From: Isurus oxyrinchus
Taxonomy: Eukaryota
Reading direction: 5' to 3'
DNA: 64,000 bases
NCBI GenBank assembly: GCA_026770705.1
Contig: JANJGN010000035.1
Location: forward strand, 8,618,001-8,682,000
Position 1 is the stretch's first letter. Each line of letters opens with the position of its first letter. A program made the translations under genes and the position numbers. The notes below the pieces were generated by a model. It saw nothing but the letters and a program-made list of their open reading frames with translations, was not told the origin of the DNA and ran no database searches. Below are positions 51,101-62,479 of this stretch, one piece after another.

Positions 51101-53406
51101 TTTAAATTCAACTATATTTAGAATGGGTCAGCATAAAGCCTGCCAATGATAAGGAGTCTAGGGGAAATCCTAACCGCTTTAACAAAGTCAGAATTTGGCA
51201 AAAATAAAGCAAAGGTATTAGGACATTAGTTGCAGAAGCAAAATTCGGTTCCACGACTGTTCCGGGATAAACAAAAGGAGGCAGTGAACCTCCAAATCGC
51301 TAAACAGATTTCAGGATAGATACTTCACCTTGTCGAAATGCCACATTGGAGTTCAGCTGACGCTTTGCAGCCATCTGCGTGCAGTGCTTTAATGGAGATT
51401 GGCTTCTCGGCATGGGCGGTTGGGTGATGGAAACCCAAGCCCAGCAGCGAAAGAAAATTGAAGATGGTACAGTTTAAGCCAAATAGCAACTTTGAATGTG
51501 AACGTGAGATTTCGAACTAATGGATTAAACATTCAAGTTCAACATTCAAACCTAACTAAATCAAGGAGAAAAAACATCAATTCCCATTGAAGGCATGGTG
51601 CTGGCGGAGAATTAAAATACATGACAGCGATTTAAAATATAGTTTACTAAACACCTTCGAATTTGAAGTACATTGATCAATGTGCTGGAATCTAAAACAT
51701 TAAACCAGTTAGTTATGGAAGCGGCCATTGAAGGATTATACAATTTCTACGAAACGCAACGATGTGGAGAGAGGAATTTGCATTAACAAATATTGCACGT
51801 CGAATTCAGATGTAATTCATTCCTCGCAGTGTTCAATATTTGATTCGATCATGCACACAACTCATAGCTGAACAAAGGATGTATGTTTGTCCCTGTTAAA
51901 TTCCAAAAAAAACGAGGTAAACATACGATTGAAAAATAAAATTTACAGCTCAACACACAATTAGGATTTTTAAAAGTGAAAGGGATAGATTTCTGGGTGT
52001 TTTAGAAACAAAAGTCTAACATAACTCGACACATGAAATTCTCGAAGTAAACTTATGAAGTGAGGAGGAAAGTGGTCACATCAACACTGTCTCTCCGTGA
52101 AGAAAAAAAAAACACAATTTTTTTACTATATTCCTCTTTCTTTTTAGAATTTGATGTAGTACAAATGTGTGGGTGTCTTGCTACAACTTGGTGAAGCTAG
52201 AGGAGTAGAACATACTATATATGTCTCCTCGTTAAGGAGGGATATTCTTGTATCGTAAGGACATCAGAGAATGTCCTTCATTTCGTACTTAGGATGAATG
52301 CGTCCTGCGACTTTTAAACTGTGAACATTTTGGGATTGTATGCCCTGGATTATAGAGGATTGAAAAGCTATGATACTGAAGTCTGTTTGATTCTGACATC
52401 CTTAGACAAGTTCCAAGTATTGCCTCTGTATACTTAGATTCAGTGGCGAAATTATGATTTTCATAATAAGTGGTTGCAGAAATAAGGCGTGATGAGGAAA
52501 AAAATATTGTTTCTGCGCTTCGTTAATATTTAGAGATCTTGTGTGCTCTGGCTGCTGAATTATTCAATGCATTCAAGATTGAGTTCCAAAGAGCTCGATC
52601 AACACAAAAGTTAAATGAGTTCTGTGTTAGAATTTTCGACACGATTAAAACATAATTGGTTCCAATTATTGTCGGAGGAGGTTTGAAGTGCAAATGACAT
52701 AATCCTCCCGATATAACTTTATGTTTTTGTCCAAGCAATTGACCTTTAATTTATCTGTATAATAATTGATATCACCTTCCTGGAAGGCTATCGCCAGCTC
52801 CTTAGAAGCTCTTTCATCGATATAATGCGTGCTTGCATACATGGATACTCATTTCGTAAGGTTCAGTAAAATTGCAATACATGGATATTATACATGCCCC
52901 TAGGCATGTATTAATTAATTTACTTTTAAAGAATATGCCCCCTAGCAATCCTTACAGCACAGAATGACGCTGGAGGAACTTTCAATGTTGGTGAGCAATG
53001 GGCTGTAGAGGCGTTGCTGGAGGTGGCTTTTTCTTAAGAAAATACGTTTCTTTTCAGGCCAAATGAATTAACGTATTAGTGCTTCATATTCTGAAACATA
53101 AGACTGAATGTTGAATTTTCGAACAAGGAAAATAATATTACAGTGTTGTGCCAAACCAGAGGAAGAAAACATATTGCAAGGAAGAAAGGATGACAGTAAC
53201 AAATACATTGGGTATGATGGGAAGCAATGTTTCGCAATCCCAATATCGGAGAATCGATAATAGTAGCCCAATAATGTAGATATGGACTGATCCCTTTTCA
53301 ACAGAAAAAGAGAAAAATGACGTGATCAGCCATCCTTGACGGGGGGAATATCCTAGTTTTTTTTAGTTATTTATCTCAGGTAATGCTAGAAATGTGTTAA
53401 TATCAC

Positions 53407-53540
53407 CTGTTTTATTCAATTCCAGATGAGCCGCTTCTGGAATACAATGGAAAAGTTAGAACAATGTTTCTGATGAAACAATATTTCATTATGCATTTCC
53501 TGGCACCTTGTCATGGTCCTTAACATCTTCGAGTTCAACA
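53407..53540 (-). pseudogene. Degenerate copy of the first-half CARD-like exon
   Basis: ttttag|LNSKMLRTMTRCQEMHNEILFHQKH...FQKRLIWN*IKQ|gtgata resembles LLRSM....QMHGNIKFYHQ...HRLV...NQ|gt at 59886-60055. Confidence 0.45.
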
Positions 53541-53649
53541 CTAAAATTGCTTAATTGGAATAAGTGCTAAAACACTACAATACAAATGTAAACGACCGTA
53601 AGTAGAATTGATATGCACAACAGCAAAGAGGTGAAAGTGGAATTATAAA

Positions 53650-54590
53650 GCCTGGAAAAAAAAAGAAATTCACGGATGTTGGAGGCCTGAAATAAACCAG
53701 GAAGTGTTGGAAAAACTTAGGGCCAGGCTGCCTCTAAAGGGTAGTGCAACAGCGTTAGTGTATCGAGTCAAATATGGCAATGATTTGGAACTGGAATTAG
53801 GAAGGAATATGATTGGTTATATAGTTGGAAAAGTTGGGGTTGTGGCAGCTGGAGAAAAGCAAATTTCAGGGAGCTGCTGTGAGGCTGGGGCGTGTTTATG
53901 ACAAAGATGTGAGAAATCACATGGAGAAGGGCGTCACAATAGTTATTAAAGAAAAAACTCAAAGTATTGGTCCAGGGTACATGTCAGAAGCTGAATATAC
54001 ATCATTGGTGCCCAATAGTAAAATTAGTGCCTAATAGTTAAAAAAGCAGTATGCATTAAGAGCATACGAGCATACGAGTATACGAGGTGAATTTCAAAAC
54101 GAGTATACGAGGTGAATTTCAATATCAATTTGTTTTTCTAAAAAAACACCAGGGAAGCCAAGACGAATGTAAATTATTCGGGAAGGAGTGAGGATGTTTT
54201 GGCGGGCTAGGATGGGTGAGATACGTGAAATGGGTTGAGGGGGTAAAGTGGGACTAGGGTCGAGTGATTCACGATGTCACTGGGAGATGGGTTTGAACTC
54301 TACATGTAGTCGTGGCGAGGGGTAGTGATGAGCATAATCCGTGTCTCAAGAAGACATTTGGAGGGTCCGCATGGGTGTCAGTGGTTAGTAACATCGTTGC
54401 TCAGGAGTTAGAAGAAGCATTTCTGCACCAAAGCAGCTAGGAATTACCGAAGTCGCCAATTTCTCGATGGTTCTATTATGCAGTGTAATTGTCCATCGGA
54501 TTTTAAAGTCCCCTGGCAATTCACGAGCAGTTTCTGCGTTCCTGCCGTCCGGTGGTTTGATGGAGGGATGGTGGGGGTCTTGGAAGGCAG
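53650..54590 (-). mobile_element. Penelope-like fragment, degenerate
   Basis: Terminal-repeat-like 53655-53780 (gatgttggaggcctgaaataaaccaggaagtgttggaaaaactta). RT N-terminal-like sequence on the minus strand (ccatcgagaaattggcgacttcgg; cttctaactcctgagcaac). Confidence 0.55.
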
Positions 54591-55675
54591 GGTTTTACCA
54601 GCAACTAACTGAGAGTCTTTTCCGACGAATGTCATTACACACTCTTCGAATAAAGGTTTCCGATTAGCCACTGTCAACTAAACGGACAAATATCTATGGA
54701 AGTTCGGAAAATTATGGAAAGCACTTTTACCGCTCAGCATCCATATTCTAATTTGCATGGGATTCAGGCTACCATTATCGGGCGAATTATCCAGTCTAGA
54801 CATAGGCCGGCGTTGTAGAATATTGGGCAATTTTCACCTTCTAGCAATATTTTACCAGCATTCACTTTGTTCCTAAAAGACGTTAGAAAATATTCATTCG
54901 GCCTTCTAGCATTGGCCTGTGCCCCTGATTATACAATCTTTCATTATCCCTAATCAAATAGTCCCACACTGTTACTACCGTTATTGCAACTGTTATAAGC
55001 GTTTGCATGCCTATTTAAGATGATTGAGTGTCTCTGATATGTTAACTGACTTTACATTCCCCTAATATCTCTTTATCAGTCGTATTTTCCTCTTCGCTTT
55101 TCGATTCAACATGACCTAGGTCTTGGTTTCAGAATGCTCCTAACAGCAATTAACGCTCCATCTCTTTGTTTCGTCATATTTTCCGTCCCCTGCATAATCA
55201 AGAAAAAAATGGTTTGATGTGCAATCGTTGTCACACTTGTTGGAATGTGCCTAGCCTATAAATGCGATGTGTTGACCACTTTAAAGACAATTCATTGATT
55301 TGCTTGACTATTTTAAATGCTATTTCTATTTGACTGAAGTTATATTCCTTCTCATCCAACTTATTATATCTTGGTTCCACGTCCAAACGTTTAATTTTGG
55401 TTGCCTTTTCATATTTGTCATGTTTAATTTTAAACGTATAATGCAAATATCAGAGGTTCTTGGCGCACTTGGACCAATTGTGCAAAGCATGCCCCTAAAA
55501 TTGCTCCCGAAACCTAATCTACATAGATGCAACTAGAGGACTACGGAAAATTAAGTTTCTGCCCCTCCTGAACAGTATTTAATTTTTGTATGAGTTCCCA
55601 CTTTATCTCAAACTTAGCTATACTACTTCACTTAGTATTTGGATGCATGCTAAAATCATGCAGTAGCGTGATCCT

Positions 55676-55849
55676 TCCCGATTTACTTCTAACATCTAAC
55701 TCTACCGGAGAGCGGTGGCGCATTGTTAATGTCACTGTCGTTCTGAAATGGTCCTAGAAACATTTGTTATCAAATGCACAAAAATGTTGCTGACTCTCAT
55801 CTGCTCTTTCAGATACCTTAGCAAGATGCACAGTTGTAACAAACCGCTG
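55676..55849 (-). pseudogene. Degenerate copy of the second-half CARD-like exon
   Basis: atttcag|QRFVTTVHLAKVSERADES/SNIFVHLIT.../TMRHRSPVELD, cf. ELAEKGNRADSSKLLLNLV...MRH..PKLD. Confidence 0.5.
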
Positions 55850-55899
55850 CTGAAATATAAGCAGACTGAAAAGGGAGGGGCCACGTGACATCGCCTCAG

Positions 55900-58710
55900 G
55901 CTCCGGAAATGCCAATGGCAAACTGAAAACCTCGCGTGTAAGACGTCCTCATTGTTAACATTTGAGGGTGTGTGACAACGTTGGGAGAGAACTTCCATAT
56001 GCTGTTCAGGAAGCAGCCAGACGTAGTTATACTTACCCAATCACACCTTCCAGGCAATTCCCAGGCACGCCCATCATTAATCCGGGGATAGCATGTCCCC
56101 CATAGAGAACAAGTGAGAAGATTTGGCGGCTCAGTCGGAACCCTCAACATCGAATCTGGACCCTTCTAATTCTTATATGGTCAGGTGAAAATCGACAGTA
56201 AACTGTCTGTTGTTATCATGTAACACTGCCTCAAGTATTTTCAACTGCACCCGCAACCAGACCAACCTGCCCAACCACCATCGCAATACAGCTGAATAAT
56301 ATGCACTCCTCCACTTGGAATACCAAATAGAAGAGGCATTGCGAATGGAAAGACTAAAAAACGTAATTGAGTTTTTGGTCTTCAAAGTGCACCATCAAGA
56401 TTGGCTCGTTCGTCTCACTACTGAGTGACCTGGCCGATACCTGAAGAACATACACGCTAAGCTGCTCCTGTTGCTTGTGCTGAGGGAGCCAAGAAGAGGT
56501 TAATAGCCGATTGAGGGACGTCACCAAGATACCTGCTGCAGATGCTCCTGTTCATGAAACTATATGCAGGAGAGACCACATAACAATCTATTGGGGGCTA
56601 CATTTAACGTTCACTTTGAAAATTTCCTCCACTGTTTTTATTGCATTGCCATTGTTGATAATGCTATCACTTTCGATGAAGACATGGCACTCGTGCATGG
56701 CAAGTTCCTTTGCCGCATTGGCCAGACGCAGTAGCCGAATTTAATACAAATACAATTTGGCAGTTGTAATGCCTCGCATATCCCCCACTTCAAATCACGA
56801 TCATGTGCAGGGGTCAACCCTGGTTAAAGTAAATTTCAAGACGGCATGTCAAAATCAACAGTAGTTATGCTTTAAGATGAGCTATCAACATGAAGAAGAA
56901 ACAGGAAAGGGTTCGTTGCATGCAAATCATTGGAAGCTGCATTCAATAGAGAGAGCAAAGCGATCCTATAGTCTTCGTGTAACATCTAAGTGCTGCACTA
57001 CTGCCAAATCTAGTCGTTAATGGTTTTCGGCATAAAACAACACAAAGGAGCAGGACGCTCTGCAATTAACCCAAGCCATTAACGGAGGAGGCATACACAT
57101 TAATGCAAGAGGCATATTTAATATATTTGAAACCAATCAACAAGATGTGCTAAATGTATAATGCGCTTCGTCAACCTTCTGAGGTCCCCTGCAGCAAAGG
57201 TTTCATTCTTCAACCTATTGAATGCACTCCTCTCAATATCAAGATGAGGTTGACATCACAAGCAATATAAATGAGGGTGTGTTCTGCAGAGATTTGCCAT
57301 ACCCGTAGCCAAGATTTTTTTTTTTAAGCACAGGGACTAGATTAGTATTTGTCTGTCCATGTTGAAAGCTGGCTTGGTCTCTCCTGCTCACAAAAATAGG
57401 AATAACCCAAGCCAGCTAATTACAGGCTTCTCGCAATCATCAGCAGTAATGGAGAGTGCCTTCAACAGGGCTGCCAAGAGGCACATGCTCAGCAATAACC
57501 TTTTAACTGAAGCTCAGATTGGGTTCGGTAAGGGGAAAACAGCTCCTCACTTAATTGTAATCTCGCTCTAAACATTAAAAGACGGGTTTTGCTCAAGACA
57601 CTGATCCAATTGAGGTGAAGAGAACATTCACCAGTGCGTAGCAACAAATATCACTGGACAAAACTGAATCAATCTTGATCGTGGGGGCCATGGGGGGGGG
57701 GGGCGGGGGGGGTGGGGGGGGGGGGGGGATTTCACAAAGCTCCAATTCATACCTTTCAGAAAGGAGCTTGTTTCTGGTTGCTGGAGTTCTAACATCTCAT
57801 TTGTCGAAATTTGCTGCAAGTGTTCCTCATTGAAGTATCATTAGCTGAACCACCTTCATCTTACTTTACAACGACCTTCCCTCCATGATATGGGCAACAT
57901 GACATAGGTGGTGATGATTTCAACATATTCTGCACAATTGTGGCTCCTCGTGTACTGAAGAAGATCCTGTCCGCATGCAGCAATTACCCGGCTATTTTCA
58001 AACGTGTGCTGATGAAACAACATTCCCGCCACAGAGGTGTGAATAAATTATCACCTCCAATAAAGCTATATTCAGCCATCTCACACTTGATACCTGATGA
58101 AGTTACCATCGCTGAATCCCCCTACCATCTAAATAGCTTGTGTTAACATAGACTGGGAACTAAACCGGGCCATGCATAAAAACAAAGTGCCAGAACAGCA
58201 GGTCAGAATCTTGGAATTCTGCGACGAGTAACTCATGCCCTGGCACACCAACGATAGTCCAGCAGCTACAAGGCTGAAGCCACTATCTTGGCTGGTTACT
58301 CTCCACGTTCCTGAATGAGGGCAAATCCAAAAATACACAAGGTGCTCGACACCATTCTACAAAAAGCAGCACGCCTGATTTCAACTTTTTTGCCACCGTG
58401 AACATTCGGTCCCTTCACCAATGACAAGAGTTGTTGGAGTGTGTATCATCCACAAGTTGCATTCCGAAACCGAGATGCTTATTAGCTCCAAGTCGCACAT
58501 CTCAGGGTTCAAACTAAGTTGTTCCTTCACAGGCACATGTAGAAATCATGGGAATCGTTGCTAACAGCGCAGTGGATGTCTGTACAATACATGGACTGAT
58601 CTGGTTTCAGAAGGCTACTGAACAGCATCTTTTCAAAGACAATTAGCAATGGGCAGTGAATTCTGGACTTTTCCACAACGGCGACATGGCATGACCAATA
58701 ATATTACAAA
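55900..58710 (+). mobile_element. Second long copy of the L2/Crack-like LINE, degenerate
   Basis: Collinear with 43050-45720: RHMLSNNLLTEAQIGFGKG, endonuclease-region similarity at 56280-56460, tail gcaatgggcagtgaattctggac. Contains a poly-G insertion at ~57692-57728. Confidence 0.8.
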
Positions 58711-59885
58711 TACATCAACAAATTATGCATTTGTTCCTTCATGGATATTATCTCATCCTGCCTGAACCTTGGCTTTCATGGTGATAACTTTTAGTATTTA
58801 CCTTCTGCTCTAGACCTGATCACAATCTACCAAAATCTGAAATTATCTTTGAGTTCAAGACACATATAAATATTCAAAATCTTTCCATTTCTATTCTCGT
58901 TAGCTATTGGCAGTGAGAGCATCCAGAAAATATTTGATCACGCTTTTTGTCTTCCTGGGGACAAAAGCATATCTGACCATGCAGGTCAGATAACGTGTGT
59001 GGAAATTAAAATAAAGGAATGGCAATTTATAATTAGCCTGTTGCTTTAGATTGTCAATGCTGCTATATGCCAAAAAGATTGATACCGCCTCTAAGAGGGG
59101 ACTGTCTGTTTGTAATTTGTTTTAGCCGTTTCCTTTGTATACTGTGCCTGCGCACGTAACTCATGTTAAAATCTACTCTAATGTCAACAAGTATTTTAAC
59201 AGATTGTGTATTCGAGCCTTATAGCGGCGAGCAGCTACTGTCAGATGTATCATGTAAATGATCTAAGAAGAAAACGAGACATAAAACGGAACGGAAATGT
59301 ACAATTGTAATATCTTGCAGATTCTGGGACACACGTAAATTTACCATAGCCGTATCGGTAAATGTACTGGACTTCAAGTACGAATCACCTTCGAGAGACT
59401 TGTTTGCCCACATGCAATGTAAAAATCATTTTTATTTTAGAGGTTTGGCTGCTCAAATTGCAATAGTTTCTCTCGCTTTAACTGAAGAAATGCTGAGGTT
59501 GAACACTCTGCATGCATCGAGAAGCAGCCTGAATATTTCTGAGTTGCGAAAAATTCTTATTGGAGCAGTTATCGAGGTTTGGAATCCAAAAGCTGCTATG
59601 ACGGATTTCTTTTTCTGCTTTCCATGTGACCTTCTAACCTTGGCAATTAATACACTAACTTAAGGTTAGAGAAAAAAATAATAACTTGCCTGAAGCATAT
59701 CTCGTAAGGGCATGCAAGTTTAAATTACATTGACAGCTATTTTAAAATCAGTGTCTTTCTTCAAGGTACATGAGTATTGCTTAAGATAACAGTGATGCTG
59801 TTGTTTACAAAGAAGAAATGGAATCTAGACATTCAGTCGTATTATTCATCGAATGCTATATGATTCCAAGGTATATTTAACACAC

Positions 59886-60055
59886 CTGATTCTCCGTCTC
59901 AGTGAACACCGCAAAATCGACAAGTCTATGACTAACAACCTCCACGAAATCTTCTATTGAGCTATCCAACTCTTGATGGTAGAATTTGATATTTCCATGC
60001 ATCTGGATATCCGTGAAGCCCATCGATCTGAGAAGTCTGTCTGTACCTGCAATTT
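59886..60055 (-). pseudogene. NLR N-terminal CARD-like module, first-half exon (open frame)
   Basis: ttgacag|EIAGTDRLLRSMGFTDIQMHGNIKFYHQELDSSIEDFVEVVSHRLVDFAVFTETENQ|gtgtgt. Matches the remembered pattern TKFYRDRLEQAIEEGVEGVSL.L.....FS..EY of chondrichthyan NLR N-termini; splice sites are canonical. Confidence 0.7.
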
Positions 60056-60659
60056 CTGTCAAGGTGTAAATAAGAAAGATTTTATTACTTGTCCCGCCAA
60101 TGAACGGTAATTACGTGGAACCAGCTGCTTTGGTAGGATATTTTTAATGCCTCTCAAGATCTGCAAGGCCTGTGGGCCCACTCAGTGTAGAGCGTATAAT
60201 TTGTATAAGCCTAAGAACAGAGGTCCGGGTCTTTCAGTGCTTTAAATTTGTTCAAATAGGTAGGTCATGCAGAGATGGGAGCCAATTGGGAGGTATTTCT
60301 AGTCATTTCTTTTAAATATTGTGACTGGTGCCCAGAGCAGAGTAATAAGCAATCAAGACAATAGAATGTCGACGAGAAGCAAAGAAAGGACGTTTAAATA
60401 AGACAGATAACATAAGGATTGCGAAATATGGAACATTCACAACTGCACAGGAAGAGGATGCAGGTTGGAAATAACTGGAAAGAATGGAGCATTTGTACTT
60501 AAACTCTAAAACTCTGGAAAAGCTCTAGTTTACAAGCAGAAATTCCCAATCCGGTTCGAAGCACGGCAAAAAGTGGATCATTTACAATCACCTTGGATTT
60601 ATTTAGACAGGAAATGAATCTCACATTCTTTGTAATGCCAATGCGATAGCCCCTTTACG

Positions 60660-61810
60660 TACCGGATACTTGGATCCCTCGTTTGGAACTGGAATATTCA
60701 TTAATTCTACCAATAATTTCCATACATCTCTGGACAACACATGCTTCAGCTCTGTTCTTTCCTGCCCCGATCCTAACTGTTCTGTCTCCAGTTCATTTGA
60801 TAGACACACTACCAATAATCATTGCAAGCGCACCACCCCCAGGGCTAACCCAGCCGCCTCTTCACACGATGATTACTATAAGTGCTCTATTCCATTCTCC
60901 TGGTTTCTCCATCTCCATCGCTTCTGTTCTGATGATGTTGCTTCCACAACGGCGCTTCTTAGATGTCTTTCATTTTCCTGCTGAGGAATTCCACAACGTT
61001 GCCCACTGAGGATGTTAGGGGCCTGAATCATGCCACATCCAATTCCCATGCTTTTGCACTCAACCCCTTTCTTTCTATCTACAAACAACCATAGCTGCTC
61101 CTTGTCCTGAATTCCCATCGATCCGACTCCGCAATCAAATGATAAATATGTGCCGTTTTTCCTAAAGCTAACATGAAACCACCAGAAAAAACATCTTGTC
61201 ACCACCTCCCCTTTTAGATCCAGTGCGGACTGTTAAAAGCTGGCATAAAACTCTATGACCAACTACTGTGCGCCTCATTTCCAAGGTCTCTTCCTGTGCA
61301 ATCACAGAATTTATAACAGCTGCGGCTTTACCTGCTACTCCCCCTTGAGTTTCAAAGGCACTGAGCAGGGGAAACTTCATTTGCTTGTACTTATTTCGCT
61401 TTCATCTATGTATTATCTCGTGAAAACACAGTCGTATGTACACTGGGAAAAGTACGCACACACTGGGTGGCAGCTTTGCAGAACATCTCCTTTCAGTCAC
61501 CAAGCATGATCACGAGCTTCCTCTTGTTTGCCATGACAGTTTATAATTTTCCTGTATTCTCCCTTTTCAATGCTCGGCCTCCTGCAATTTATAGGGACGT
61601 CCATTGCAAGCTGGACACACACAGCCTGCCCTTCACATTACGAACAATATAGGAATCCTGAATTAAATTTAATTCAGCAAATGCTGAATAGTTACTCTCG
61701 TCCGCTATTTCGCACCCCCCCCCCCCCCACATCCCACCCCCCACGACCCACCACTTTCCTATCCCCATTTACCCAGCCTGCCATCACCCCCCTCAACCGC
61801 TCGTAGCTAC
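60660..61810 (+). mobile_element. Penelope-like element, degenerate
   Basis: FINSTNNFHTSL and KCSIPFSWFLHLHRFCSDD are collinear with the 20.5-21.6 kb copy. Confidence 0.8.
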
Positions 61811-62059
61811 CGGTATGCTCTTCCCTATTTTCTTTTGCTGATTTGCCTTCAGAAATTTGCAGAAATTTATTCTGAATTTAACAACTACTGTGCTCTATAA
61901 TGATATTATGACCATACATTTTTTTTGTTTTCCATGACATTCGACAACAAGACAAATCTTGTTATCTCTCCTGCACTAAAAGATATCACTGGCCATTCCA
62001 TTTTGCCCCACATGTTCCTCCCACTTATTCAGCAGTATGAAAGACAACACATTTGCAGC

Positions 62060-62211
62060 TCTTTCCTCTTCTGAAGAAAATTAGACACAATATATTTTCC
62101 CAGTTTCCCTCTGCATAAGTTATGCCAGAACTGGCATTTTTTTCCAGAATGTGTGTTCTTTTTTCTTTTTCTATTGGCTTCACATTTATGGTTTTCATCA
62201 TCTATTTTCAA
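62060..62211 (-). pseudogene. Possible further copy of the second-half CARD-like exon
   Basis: KIDDENHKCEAN...HSGKKCQFWHNL..GKLGKYIVSNFLQ versus DCHKKEAC...EKGAVGERTFWRIL...KLKVILSEIL at 48 kb. Confidence 0.35.
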
Positions 62212-62479
62212 AAATTAGATCAGTACATAATTTCCACTTTCGGTCAGACAAAGAACAAAAATAGAAGAATGAAATGATCAAAGTAGTTGTCTCTTTACTG
62301 GCGTTTGAAATCCTCTACCAAGCTCATATATTGCATCAAACTGCGAAGAAAGTTGAAATTAATGAAATCATTGGTAAACAATTATAAAAGTAACAGGAGT
62401 AAGAATCTTGATAATTATGCTCATCAATGATGGGGTAGCTAAGCCCATCCATGCAAATTTCAAAGCTGAAGCATTTTCA

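Noticed and set aside
54061-54122. CRISPR-like array
   Set aside because: Only two adjacent units, no spacers, no cas genes, and a vertebrate context.
59219-59413. Terminal LRR exon (SSTFTDTAMVNLR resembles SNSFTD...LR)
   Set aside because: It lies among the N-terminal module exons, has an internal atg|gtaaat donor like the linker exon, and has no NACHT exon upstream within the window. Better read as a linker remnant, though ambiguous.
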